Source of the DNA: Minisyncoccota bacterium
GTDB lineage: Bacteria > Patescibacteriota > Minisyncoccia > Phycocordibacterales > UBA9973
Reading direction: 5' to 3'
Assembly: GCA_041648595.1 (NCBI GenBank)
Contig: JBAZOQ010000002.1
Location: 10,446 to 74,445, forward strand
Length of the DNA: 64,000 nucleotides
The position numbers were made by a program, and so were the translations under genes. Under the pieces are notes generated by a model. It was not told the DNA's origin. It worked only from the letters and a program-made list of their open reading frames with translations, and made no database searches. Below, one piece after another: positions 51,226 to 59,968 of this stretch (its first letter is position 1; every line of letters begins with the position of its first letter).

Positions 51226-51744
51226 TTAAATACAAAGACCTGAAACAATAGCTCCACTAGGAGAAGAAACCACCAGCCTAGCTGCCCCTGTCACATCAAT
51301 ACACCAAGAAGTATTTGGTGCTAATTTTAAACCAACAACCACAGCCCATCCAGTACTAGAATTATAACAAGCACTACCATTACCACCCCTATTAACTGCC
51401 TCTGCTATAGAACCTGCTATATCTTTATTTTTAGAAAACATACTAGTTCCAGATTCATCATAAGAAGGACAATCACCATCAATAGATATATCACCAAGTG
51501 GTAAATATGTATTACCGTTGTTTAAAAAGAACATTTCAATTGCAGTTCTCGTGGTAGCTAAATTACTTTTTACAGCTGTTTCGTCACCCTTTTTTCTAGC
51601 GCTACTTAAATACCCAATAACAACTGTAGCTAAAAGACCAATAATAGCAACAACAACCAAAAGTTCAATCAATGTAAACCCGCCTGAAATTTTTTTTATA
51701 AAATTTTGGTGGGTAAAACCTTTTTCTTTTTTAAAATTTTTCAT
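51226..51744 (-). CDS. Type IV pilin (second major-pilin-like gene)
   Basis: GGFTLIELLVVVAIIGLLATV plus a C-terminal Cys pair (disulfide-bonded loop). Confidence 0.8.
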   Translation of the reverse strand: MKNFKKEKGFTHQNFIKKISGGFTLIELLVVVAIIGLLATVVIGYLSSARKKGDETAVKSNLATTRTAIEMFFLNNGNTYLPLGDISIDGDCPSYDESGTSMFSKNKDIAGSIAEAVNRGGNGSACYNSSTGWAVVVGLKLAPNTSWCIDVTGAARLVVSSPSGAIVSGLCI

Positions 51745-51794
51745 ATATATAAATAACAGTTAATTATAAACTTCATATATTATATCATATATAG

Positions 51795-51822
51795 AAATAT
51801 AAAAACCACCTAAAGGGTGGTT
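51795..51822. terminator. Perfect hairpin AAAAACCACC-TAAAG-GGTGGTTTTT downstream of the major pilin gene
   Basis: 9-bp stem with flanking A- and T-runs (bidirectional). Confidence 0.6.
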
Positions 51823-51850
51823 TTTATATTTCTATATTATTTATTACAGA

Positions 51851-52313
51851 TTATGAACAAATTCCTGTGGCTTGAGAAATTGAACCTTCTTTAGCCGCAC
51901 CTGCACTATCTACACAAAAGGTTGTAGCTGGAGTTTTCTTTAATGAAACAGAAGCTGACCAAGCATCACCAAGAGTAGAAGCATGAGCACTAACTGTTGC
52001 TCCTGCCGCAGTTGCAGCAGCTTTCAATCCATTTAACATCGTTGCATCAGCAAAGACATCAGTGCATCCTGTAACAACGTTTGGATTAGCACCAGTTACT
52101 GTACAAACAACTGCTGCAGCACTATACTTATTATTTGTATCATAATACATTGAAGCTTGAGCTCTCATATTTGACAAGTTTGCTTTAATAGCAGCATCTG
52201 AACCCTTTGTTCTTGCACTATTCAAAGATGCTAAAACAACTGACGCCAAAATACCAATAATAGCGACAACAACCAACAATTCAATCAACGTAAAACCTTT
52301 TTTAAAATTCTTC
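51851..52313 (-). CDS. pilA: Major type IV pilin (PilA-like)
   Basis: MKNFKKGFTLIELLVVVAIIGILASV and a C-terminal Cys pair. Start taken at MKNFKK (track start 52348 lies inside the upstream palindrome). Confidence 0.85.
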
Positions 52314-52342
52314 ATATTTTTTTTATTTACTAATAATATTTC

Positions 52343-52373
52343 AGCCATAGGCTGATCCGCCTTTGGCGGAAAC
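52343..52373. promoter_or_regulatory. Twin small palindromes TCAGCCATAGGCTGA + TCCGCCTTTGGCGGA upstream of pilA, related to the perfect palindrome upstream of pilM
   Basis: GGCTGATCCGCCTTTGGCGGAAAC vs GGCGGATCCGCCTACTGGCGGAAAA at 61103-61140. Confidence 0.45.
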
Positions 52374-52483
52374 TAATAATTTTTTCCGCCCTTGAGCGAA
52401 AGTTTCGACTTATTTTTAATACATCTATTATAACTTTTATTGTTATATTTATGCAAAAAAGTTATCCACAGGGGCAGCTTTAT

Positions 52484-52524
52484 TCCCCTCTTGAGGGGTG
52501 GCTCGCTTGCGAGACGGGGTGGAT
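52484..52524. repeat. GC-rich palindromic element, family P2 (TCCCCTCTTGAGGGGTGGCTCGCTTGCGAGACGGGGTGGA)
   Basis: Copies at 55967 and 56334. A related unit at 52541-52582 (CCACCTCCCCCCGACTAAAGTCGGGGTACTCCTCAAGAGGAG) follows it. Confidence 0.8.
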
Positions 52525-52540
52525 GCATTTCTAAACTTTT

Positions 52541-52582
52541 CCACCTCCCCCCGACTAAAGTCGGGGTACTCCTCAAGAGGAG
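52541..52582. repeat. GC-rich palindromic unit (CCCCGACTAAAGTCGGGG + CTCCTCAAGAGGAG), P2-related
   Basis: Read directly. Lies in the pilC-pilA intergenic region. Confidence 0.7.
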
Positions 52583-52587
52583 AATTT

Positions 52588-53814
52588 TTACTGTATTCCA
52601 CCAGCAAGGTTATAAATCGGCATTAATACAGAAACTAAAAGCACACCAACTCCCAAACCTAAAACCACAATCATAACTGGTTCAATAAGACCCACTAAAG
52701 TATCAACAGCATCATCAACTTCCCTTTTATAAAAATCAGCTAAAGTTTTCAAAATCTGACCCAGAGACCCAGTTTCTTCTCCGACCTTTACCATCTGCAC
52801 CATAATACCTGGAATTTGTTCCGGATGTTTTTCAAATGCACCTGAAAAAGACAAACCTGATTTTACTCCATTTGCTACATCTTTTAAAACTTCTTCATAT
52901 ACCCTACTACCAACGACACTGGATGTGATATCTATTGCACGAACGATAGGAATACCTGAAACAAGCATAGTATCCATATTATCTGATATTCTAGATAAAT
53001 ATAATTTTTTATAAAGATTACCTACTGCTGGAATAGAAAGACGTACCTTGTCAAGATATTCTTTACCTTTCTGTGTTGAAGAAAGTCTCCATGTCCATAT
53101 TCCCGCAAGTACAAGAAAAATAATGACAAGAAAACCATAATGTACAAAAAAATTAGAAAGTCCAATAACTATCTTCGTATAAATAGGTGGCTCCTGCCCA
53201 GAATCAAGAATAATGGCTGAGAGTTTTGGAATAACAATAACAAACATAAGACTCATAACTATAAAAAAGGTAGCAACGACAAACATAGGATATATGAGTG
53301 CATTTTTTGTTTTCGAAGTAAGTGCATATTGACGATTTAAATAATTTGCTAAATGATCAAAAGTCTCATTTAATTTACCTGTCTCTTCTCCAACTTTCAC
53401 CATATTTACATAAAAATCTGAAAAAACATCTGGATGTTTAGCTAGTGCACCTGATATAGAAATTCCAGATTGAAGATCACCAGTTATTTCTGTAAGTTTT
53501 TTTGCTAAAACTTTATTCTCTGCATTTGAAGCCAGCATCGTAAAAGCTCTCAATACAGAGACTTGCGCTGTAAATAAAGTTGATATTTGACGTGAGAGAA
53601 TAACAATTTCTTTCATTGGAACTTTTCCAAAAAAAGAAATTGTAAAAATAGATTTATTTTTATCTTCATCTACTATAGAAATAACAATAAATCCTCTTCT
53701 TTGAAGTCCACCTATAGCAAGATCACGACTTTGTGCATCAATTTCTCCTTCTTTGTTTATTCCTTTATCGTCTATTGCTTTATATTTGAAAAGCATAACT
53801 TTATTATAACACAA
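52588..53814 (-). CDS. pilC: Type IV pilus assembly platform protein (GspF family)
   Basis: Two T2SS-F repeats with 3 TM segments. True start possibly the internal MLFKYKAID. Confidence 0.88.
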   Translation of the reverse strand: MCYNKVMLFKYKAIDDKGINKEGEIDAQSRDLAIGGLQRRGFIVISIVDEDKNKSIFTISFFGKVPMKEIVILSRQISTLFTAQVSVLRAFTMLASNAENKVLAKKLTEITGDLQSGISISGALAKHPDVFSDFYVNMVKVGEETGKLNETFDHLANYLNRQYALTSKTKNALIYPMFVVATFFIVMSLMFVIVIPKLSAIILDSGQEPPIYTKIVIGLSNFFVHYGFLVIIFLVLAGIWTWRLSSTQKGKEYLDKVRLSIPAVGNLYKKLYLSRISDNMDTMLVSGIPIVRAIDITSSVVGSRVYEEVLKDVANGVKSGLSFSGAFEKHPEQIPGIMVQMVKVGEETGSLGQILKTLADFYKREVDDAVDTLVGLIEPVMIVVLGLGVGVLLVSVLMPIYNLAGGIQ

Positions 53815-53816
53815 TT

Positions 53817-53875
53817 CACCTCACCCCCGTCCCCTCTCCTTATTAAGGAGAGGGGTGCCAAAGGCGGGGTGAAGT
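53817..53875. repeat. GC-rich nested palindromic element (P1 full-length) between pilT and pilC
   Basis: CACCTCACCCCCGTCCCCTCTCCTTATTAAGGAGAGGGGTGCCAAAGGCGGGGTGAAGT, about 95% identical to 27921-27979. Confidence 0.85.
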
Positions 53876-54936
53876 TAAATCATACGCTCAAGACCTTTCG
53901 GGTTCAAAGAAAATTGATAAGCATTCTCAATTGTAATTTCTCCAGCACGGACAAGTTCTAAGAGTGAATGATTTAAATCTATCATGCCAGACTCTGCTCC
54001 TGTCTCAATCACAACATCTATTTCTTGTGTATGTTTTTCACGAATTAAATTCGAAACTGCATTATTATTCAATAACAACTCATAAGCAGGGATAAGACCT
54101 CCAGTTATTCTTGGAATAAGTCTTTGAGAAAAAATACCCAACAAACTAGAAGCAAGTTGAAGGCGAATTTGATCTTGCTGGTCACCAGGAAAAGAATCAA
54201 TAATTCTATCTATAGTTTGTGATGCATTATTAGTATGTAATGTAGAAAGAACAAGATGACCTGTCTCAGCAGCAGTTACTGACGTTGAAATAGTCTCTGG
54301 AGTACGCATTTCCCCTATCATTATCACATTCACATCTTCACGAAAGATTGATTTAAGTGCTGTATGAAAATCTTTAGTATCAATACCAACTTCTCGTTGA
54401 TTAATTATAGATTTATTAGGAGTGTAAACATATTCAATTGGATCTTCTATTGTTATAATATGTCGTGCTTGTTCATTATTAATCAAATTTACCATTGCTG
54501 ATAATGTAGTAGATTTACCTTGCCCAACTGGACCAACTACTAAAAAAAATCCCTGTTTTTTGCGAGCTAACTCTGAAATAATAGGAGGCAAATGTAATTC
54601 TTCAAGTGATTTTACTTTAGGTACTAAACGTAGGGCAACACTAACTAAACCTTTTTGAAAAAAAGCATTGCCACGAAGACGTGCTTCTCCTCGAAAATCA
54701 TAAGAAAAATCCATTTCTTGTTCTTCTAAGAATCTATCTAATTTTACTTTATCTGAAATAATTTCTTTTAAAATACCAAAAACATCTTCTTTCTTTAAAA
54801 CTTGATGCTTTTGTAAAAATACAAGCTCTCCTGCTACGCGAATAGCTGGAACTTTTCCAACACCTAAATGTAAATCTGAACCACTCTCATGGATAACAGT
54901 TAAAATAAGTTCTTCAATTTCTTTTTTATAATCCAT
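53875..54936 (-). CDS. pilT: Twitching-motility pilus retraction ATPase
   Basis: 353 aa with Walker A GPVGQGKST plus Asp and His boxes of PilT/PilU. Confidence 0.88.
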   Translation of the reverse strand: MDYKKEIEELILTVIHESGSDLHLGVGKVPAIRVAGELVFLQKHQVLKKEDVFGILKEIISDKVKLDRFLEEQEMDFSYDFRGEARLRGNAFFQKGLVSVALRLVPKVKSLEELHLPPIISELARKKQGFFLVVGPVGQGKSTTLSAMVNLINNEQARHIITIEDPIEYVYTPNKSIINQREVGIDTKDFHTALKSIFREDVNVIMIGEMRTPETISTSVTAAETGHLVLSTLHTNNASQTIDRIIDSFPGDQQDQIRLQLASSLLGIFSQRLIPRITGGLIPAYELLLNNNAVSNLIREKHTQEIDVVIETGAESGMIDLNHSLLELVRAGEITIENAYQFSLNPKGLERMI

Positions 54937-55013
54937 CCCGTTAGAAATCTATATTAATTAATAATCTCAATTTATTATAACCCGTTTTCAATATTTTCAT
55001 TATTTCTAACGGG
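54937..55013. mobile_element. Start-codon-associated element, copy c (CCCGTTAGAAAT...ATTTCTAACGGG) abutting the pilT ATG
   Basis: ATCCAT direct repeat at both ends. Internal TTATTATAACCCGTTTTCAATATTTTCATT is about 85% identical to copies d and e. Confidence 0.7.
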
Positions 55014-55027
55014 ATCCATAATTTTTT

Positions 55028-55095
55028 GTGGTGTTAAGCTCGTAGTTTATGTGGCATTAAACTCGTAGTTTATGTGGCGTTAAGCTTGTAATTAT
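55028..55095. repeat. Three tandem 23-bp direct repeats (GTGGYRTTAARCTYGTARTTTAT)
   Basis: GTGGTGTTAAGCTCGTAGTTTAT / GTGGCATTAAACTCGTAGTTTAT / GTGGCGTTAAGCTTGTAATTAT. Lies between the response-regulator stop and the pilT upstream element. Confidence 0.7.
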
Positions 55096-55493
55096 TTTTC
55101 ATTAACAATTTTCTTTGATAAAATTTCAGCTACTTGGTCAATCACTTCTGCAGGTGTAGAATTTGCTTTCACTATATATCCTGCTGCTCCAAGAGCACTA
55201 CCTCTATCAATATCAGCTTGCTGACTTTTATTAGACAAAACTATTTTTGTAGAACTAGGAGATAAATTTTCTTTATTTATTTTTTCTAGCATTTCAAAAC
55301 CATCCATATCTGGCATAATAACATCCAACATAATAATATCTGGTTTAAGACCATCTATAAGTTTCTCAATAGCTTGTGAACCGCTAGGTGCAGTATAAAC
55401 TTCAAAATTATTTTGACTAAATTTAAACGCATACATGTCTAAAAGAAATGTATCATCATCAACTATTAAAATTTTTCTTTTTTCTCCTTCCAT
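55092..55493 (-). CDS. Single-domain response regulator (CheY-like receiver only)
   Basis: ILIVDDD...MLDVIMPDMDGFE...K, the D-D-T/K receiver residues. No output domain. Confidence 0.85.
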   Translation of the reverse strand: MEGEKRKILIVDDDTFLLDMYAFKFSQNNFEVYTAPSGSQAIEKLIDGLKPDIIMLDVIMPDMDGFEMLEKINKENLSPSSTKIVLSNKSQQADIDRGSALGAAGYIVKANSTPAEVIDQVAEILSKKIVNEK

Positions 55494-55534
55494 AATGATT
55501 ATATTATACTACAAAACAATTTCAAGGGAAACTT

Positions 55535-55569
55535 CCACCCCGCCCTTTAGGTACCCCTCAAGAGGGGAA
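55535..55569. repeat. GC-rich palindromic unit (CCACCCCGCCCTTTAGG + CCCCTCAAGAGGGG), P2-related
   Basis: Read directly. Downstream of the DUF559 gene. Confidence 0.6.
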
Positions 55570-56025
55570 TTTTAATGCAGATTTTCTTTTTTTTATTGTT
55601 TCTAATACAAATCTATAAACATTTCCTATATTTTTCTTCACATCAATATCAGATATTCTAATTACTTGTAAATTTAGACTCTGCATAAAATTATTTCTTC
55701 CAGCATCATATTCTTCTTTTTCATCATGACTTGACCCGTCTATTTCAAAAACTAGTCCCAATTCAGGAACAAAAAAATCAACAATATAATTACCTATAAT
55801 AACTTGTCTATCAATATCAAAATCTAATTTCTTTTTATTTTTAAACGTTTGCCAAAATATAACTTCCGATAAATTTCCCGCTTTTCTTAATTCCTTTGTT
55901 TTTTCTATTAATAATTTATTTTTAGGAATTTCCCAGTATGGGTATAAAGATTTCGGATTCCAATATTCCCCTCTTGAGGGGTAGCTCGCTTTAACGAGAC
56001 GAGGTGGAGAGGATTTTTGGGGCAT
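55558..56025 (-). CDS. DUF559 endonuclease-like domain protein
   Basis: YIVDFFVPELGLVFEIDGSSHDEKEEYDAGRNNFMQSLNLQVIRI matches the DUF559 core. The annotated first ~20 codons are encoded by the P2 repeat at 55967-56012, so the true start is probably further downstream. Confidence 0.6.
   Translation of the reverse strand: MPQKSSPPRLVKASYPSRGEYWNPKSLYPYWEIPKNKLLIEKTKELRKAGNLSEVIFWQTFKNKKKLDFDIDRQVIIGNYIVDFFVPELGLVFEIDGSSHDEKEEYDAGRNNFMQSLNLQVIRISDIDVKKNIGNVYRFVLETIKKRKSALKFPS
55967..56012. repeat. P2 element TTCCCCTCTTGAGGGGTAGCTCGCTTTAACGAGACGAGGTGGAGAGG
   Basis: Homologous to 52484 and 56334. Overlaps the 5' end of the DUF559 ORF. Confidence 0.8.
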
Positions 56026-56032
56026 TTCAAAT

Positions 56033-56308
56033 TTAATTAAAAAATAAAACTGACAATATCGTTAGTAAGGTCATAAGTGCAGCTAGTCCATTACTACCCA
56101 TTATAAAACGATCTCTAGAAAAAAATCCATGTAAGGAAAATCCACTTTGAACAAAAAGAAGTATGAAGAGAAAAACCAATGAGATGCCTGATGTTTGATG
56201 AGTTTGCCAAATCTTCAAAAGTTGAGGCAAAGTCATGAACGGATTAATTACACTAACTATCCAAATTATATATGTCCAACGTATTTTTTTGGCTATATTT
56301 TCACGCAT
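56033..56308 (-). CDS. Small hypothetical membrane protein
   Basis: Three TM helices, 91 aa. Confidence 0.4.
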   Translation of the reverse strand: MRENIAKKIRWTYIIWIVSVINPFMTLPQLLKIWQTHQTSGISLVFLFILLFVQSGFSLHGFFSRDRFIMGSNGLAALMTLLTILSVLFFN

Positions 56309-56333
56309 ATCAAAATTATATCATGTTTTGTAT

Positions 56334-56380
56334 TCCCCTCTTGAGGGGTGGCTTTTGTAATCAAAAGACGGGGTGGACAA
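56334..56380. repeat. P2 element TTCCCCTCTTGAGGGGTGGCTTTTGTAATCAAAAGACGGGGTGGACA
   Basis: Read directly. Lies between the pilB stop and the small membrane ORF. Confidence 0.8.
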
Positions 56381-56387
56381 TTTTCTT

Positions 56388-58139
56388 TTATTCATTCTCA
56401 TTAATAAAATTATAAACCTCTCTATATGGAATAATACCATCTAATGCTTTAAGCATAGCATCTTCCCTCATCATCAACATTCCGTCGGCTCGAGCCACTT
56501 TATAAATTTCGGAATCAACAGGATTTTTTAATATGACTTTTTGCATTTCTTTGCCTACTTTAAACATTTCAAAAATAGCAATACGACCGCGAGTGCCAGA
56601 AGGACAATCAGGTGATGGCACAACATCATACATTTCATTTTTAATTTCAATTTCTTTTTTAAATTTTTCTGGCAAATCTTTTATTTGATCTTCTATCTGC
56701 AATTTAATACTAGGATCCATAGGAACAAGCTTACGAGATGCAGGAAAAGTCATCTTGGCTAAACGTTGTGCAATAGATAATATAAGAGTAGGCGCAATAA
56801 GATAAGGATCAACTCCCATGTCAATCAAACGAGGAATAGCACCAATGGCATTATTCGTATGAAGCGTAGATAAAACAAGGTGCCCCGTCAAAGCTGCCTG
56901 AATAGCTAATTGAGCTGTTTCTTTATCACGTATTTCTCCAACCATTATTATGTCAGGATCCTGACGAAGAATAGAACGAAGTCCTGAAGCAAATGTATAT
57001 CCAATTTCAGGCATCATCTGAGATTGATTAATATCAGGCATATGATACTCTATTGGATCTTCTAAAGATACAATATTACTTACTTCTTTTTCTAACTCAT
57101 TCATCATTGAATATAATGTCGTAGATTTTCCAGACCCTGTCGGACCAGTAATTAAAATAAGTCCATAAGGCTTTGTTATTGCTTCTCTAAGCATATCAAG
57201 ATTTCTTTTAGACAATCCTAATTGATCCAATGGTTTGACTCCTTTTTCTGCATCTAAAATACGTATAACTATTTTTTCTCCATAATAAGATGGCATAGTA
57301 GATACACGAAAATCAATTTTATGCTCATCAAAATTAGTACTAAAAGATCCATCTTGTGGTTTTCTTTTTTCGTCCAAACGCAACTTAGCTAAAATTTTTA
57401 TACGAGCTACAATACCATTGTAAACATTGGGTGGTAAAATAATACTCGTATGCAAAATTCCATCCACACGAAAACGTACTTTTATTTTTTCTCCTACATT
57501 TTCTATATGGATATCAGAAGCACCACCTTCTATAGCATTACGTAATATAACAGCAACAATTTTTATAACAGGTGCATCTTCAACTATTTTTACTTCTTCG
57601 TTTAATTTTGTATTTTTAATTTCTCTGTTTAAATTCTTTGATTCATTTAAACTTTTTATATTACTCGTTTCTTCTTGATTTAATTCATTAAGTGCTTCTT
57701 CCACTTGAACTGATATACCTTTATATGTTTCTACTATATTTTTATAATCAGTATTAGAGATAAGAAAAATTTTAAAAGGAATACCTGATTTAGCTGAAAT
57801 AAATTGTAATGCATCTATCGCTTGCGTGTTTTCTCCGTCCGTAATACCTACCTCTAAAACCCCCTCTTTAAATTCAAGTGGAACAAAACGATAATGTGTT
57901 GCTGCATCCTCTGGAATATATTTTAAAACTTCAAAGGATATATCTTTTATATTTACTTTCTTTGTCGGTATTTTTAAATACTCTCCTTTTGTAAGAAGTA
58001 TTTTATCTTCTGGTATACCTATTTCAATTAAAGTTTCATCAATATCACCACCATGCTTATCTCTAGCAAGGTTCTTAATTTCATCTATTTGGCTCTTATC
58101 AATAAAGCCCTTTTTAACTAATTCTTCTAAAAAACTCAT
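56388..58139 (-). CDS. pilB: Type IV pilus assembly ATPase (GspE family)
   Basis: N-terminal GSPII_E domain. Walker A GPTGSGKSTTL, Asp/His boxes and a tetracysteine-like CPSG motif. Confidence 0.92.
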   Translation of the reverse strand: MSFLEELVKKGFIDKSQIDEIKNLARDKHGGDIDETLIEIGIPEDKILLTKGEYLKIPTKKVNIKDISFEVLKYIPEDAATHYRFVPLEFKEGVLEVGITDGENTQAIDALQFISAKSGIPFKIFLISNTDYKNIVETYKGISVQVEEALNELNQEETSNIKSLNESKNLNREIKNTKLNEEVKIVEDAPVIKIVAVILRNAIEGGASDIHIENVGEKIKVRFRVDGILHTSIILPPNVYNGIVARIKILAKLRLDEKRKPQDGSFSTNFDEHKIDFRVSTMPSYYGEKIVIRILDAEKGVKPLDQLGLSKRNLDMLREAITKPYGLILITGPTGSGKSTTLYSMMNELEKEVSNIVSLEDPIEYHMPDINQSQMMPEIGYTFASGLRSILRQDPDIIMVGEIRDKETAQLAIQAALTGHLVLSTLHTNNAIGAIPRLIDMGVDPYLIAPTLILSIAQRLAKMTFPASRKLVPMDPSIKLQIEDQIKDLPEKFKKEIEIKNEMYDVVPSPDCPSGTRGRIAIFEMFKVGKEMQKVILKNPVDSEIYKVARADGMLMMREDAMLKALDGIIPYREVYNFINENE

Positions 58140-58216
58140 CCCGTTAGAAATTTATATTAATTAATAATCTTAATTTATTATAACCCGTTTTTAATATTTT
58201 CGTTATTCCTAACGGG
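58140..58216. mobile_element. Start-codon-associated element, copy d, abutting the pilB ATG
   Basis: CCCGTTAGAAAT...CCTAACGGG with an ACTCAT direct repeat (58134-58139 and 58217-58222). Confidence 0.7.
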
Positions 58217-58234
58217 ACTCATAATTAATTTAAT

Positions 58235-58606
58235 TTAAGGAGATGCAGGAATAGAGAGTACAGAAGGAGCTTCATAACCAATAGGAGCAAAAGGATTTGA
58301 TCTTCCTTCATCTCCTGAAGGAGAAAGCAAAATACTAGAATCATGTAAATTAATAAATACTGTATTAGAAAAAATAGAATTATTTAATTTTATTTTTTTA
58401 ACATTTAATAAAAGAGCAAGAAAATCTTTTGCAATCAAAGAGTTCTTGTTTGAATTATCTACATTCGATTCTGTTGTACCAGTCGAGATAGCAGAAGAAA
58501 TTAAATTCTGAACTTCTGGCGATTTTTTAATAAAAAAAATATAAACTAAAATTAGTATAGCCCCAATTATTACATATATTATAATATTTTTTATTTTTGA
58601 ACTCAT
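58235..58606 (-). CDS. Hypothetical membrane-anchored protein in the pilus assembly operon (PilP-like position)
   Basis: N-terminal TM helix. Lies downstream of pilO. Confidence 0.4.
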   Translation of the reverse strand: MSSKIKNIIIYVIIGAILILVYIFFIKKSPEVQNLISSAISTGTTESNVDNSNKNSLIAKDFLALLLNVKKIKLNNSIFSNTVFINLHDSSILLSPSGDEGRSNPFAPIGYEAPSVLSIPASP

Positions 58607-58607
58607 T

Positions 58608-59210
58608 TTAATTTTTTAGCCAATAAGTTTTAATTTTAAAATTGTATGTATAAGTATCAGGTAAAGTTGAAGTAAGTCCTATTTTTGTATTCAAAAAAAA
58701 CTGAATTGAAGATATATCTACTATCCTAAGATTATTTTCTAAATCTTTTATAAGATTCAAGAAACTATTGTATGTTCCTTGTGTAGAAAACTCTAAATTC
58801 CACATACCATAATCTTTACCAGAAGAACTTTTTATTCCCTTTGTTGTATTAGTAGTTTGTATTGTTTGTGTTGTACTTGTATTCTTATCTATTGTATCGT
58901 ATTTTACATTTTTAAGTACCATTCCATATGGTGATGCTATTTTTTCTATTTCAAGAATTAAACGAATATTATCAATATTATCTGGTAAAAGTTTTTGAAG
59001 TCTAATTAAATCTTCTTCATTAAAAGAATTATATTTCTGTGTCAATTTATCTCGTTCAGATTCTAAGGCCTTAGAATTAACAAGAGCTTCATTATATGAA
59101 GTCTCTTGTTCTCTTTCCAAAGAAATAGTCTCATAGAGTGGTTTAGTAAAGGTAAAAAAGAGAGCTACTGCAATACCTATTAAAATGGTTGGCAAAATAA
59201 ATTTAAACAT
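58608..59210 (-). CDS. pilO: PilO-like pilus assembly protein
   Basis: N-terminal TM helix and coiled coil. Operon position after pilN. Confidence 0.6.
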   Translation of the reverse strand: MFKFILPTILIGIAVALFFTFTKPLYETISLEREQETSYNEALVNSKALESERDKLTQKYNSFNEEDLIRLQKLLPDNIDNIRLILEIEKIASPYGMVLKNVKYDTIDKNTSTTQTIQTTNTTKGIKSSSGKDYGMWNLEFSTQGTYNSFLNLIKDLENNLRIVDISSIQFFLNTKIGLTSTLPDTYTYNFKIKTYWLKN

Positions 59211-59212
59211 AA

Positions 59213-59851
59213 TTAATTTAATACATTTGTATTGTCTTTAAGTATAGAGGTAGGATTTTGATTTGTAGTCTCAAATACTTTTTTATAATCAAGAAAAACT
59301 GGATCGACCGAAAATTCTAAATCAAAAACAACATTACCTTTATCGTCAAGTAAAAGATTAGAAAAAACAGGATCAATGAAATATTTATTTTTTGCAAAAA
59401 TATCTGACTGAAGAGCAACAGATCTATATCCCAAAGCAACTCCACTCATTTTTACTATTATTTTTGTATTAGCATCATCAACTACATAACTAAATTTAGT
59501 ATAACTTACAGTCTTCATTGTAATCGCCTGAAGTTCTTCAAAAATAGGAGAGATAGCAACGTGTTTAGATAATATTTCACTTGAAGCATCTAAACGTTTA
59601 TCTAAAATTTGAAGCTGAGTTATTTTTGCTGGTTCAAAACGATCTTTTGCTAAAGTTAAATCGCTTTCCATTTTTGAAATATTTTTTGTTAAAATACCTT
59701 TATAAAAATAAAGAGCTCCAGTAGCTATAACAATAGTAAGAAAAATAAAAATAGAAATTATCGTCAAAATACTAATTGATCGTGACTTAACAGCCCGATC
59801 CTCAATCATCGGTTTTTTAGGTATAAAAGATGTTTGAAAATTTTGCTCCAT
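59213..59851 (-). CDS. pilN: PilN-like pilus assembly protein
   Basis: Short cytoplasmic N-terminus, TM helix and periplasmic domain. Directly downstream of pilM. Confidence 0.6.
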   Translation of the reverse strand: MEQNFQTSFIPKKPMIEDRAVKSRSISILTIISIFIFLTIVIATGALYFYKGILTKNISKMESDLTLAKDRFEPAKITQLQILDKRLDASSEILSKHVAISPIFEELQAITMKTVSYTKFSYVVDDANTKIIVKMSGVALGYRSVALQSDIFAKNKYFIDPVFSNLLLDDKGNVVFDLEFSVDPVFLDYKKVFETTNQNPTSILKDNTNVLN

Positions 59852-59929
59852 CCCGTTAGAAATTTATACTTAACTAATAATACTCACCTTCGATATCCCG
59901 TTTCCAATATTTCTGTTATTTCTAACGGG
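59852..59929. mobile_element. Start-codon-associated element, copy e, abutting the pilN ATG
   Basis: CCCGTTAGAAAT...ATTTCTAACGGG with a TCCAT direct repeat. Internal GATATCCCGTTTCC. Confidence 0.7.
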
Positions 59930-59968
59930 ATCCATTTTATTTATTATATCCTTACTCTATTATCGCAC

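Noticed and set aside
52373-52676. ORFs 52373..52576 (-) and 52440..52676 (+)
   Set aside because: They lie entirely within GC-rich palindromic repeats (which produce stop-free frames) in the pilC-pilA intergenic region, with no coding signal.
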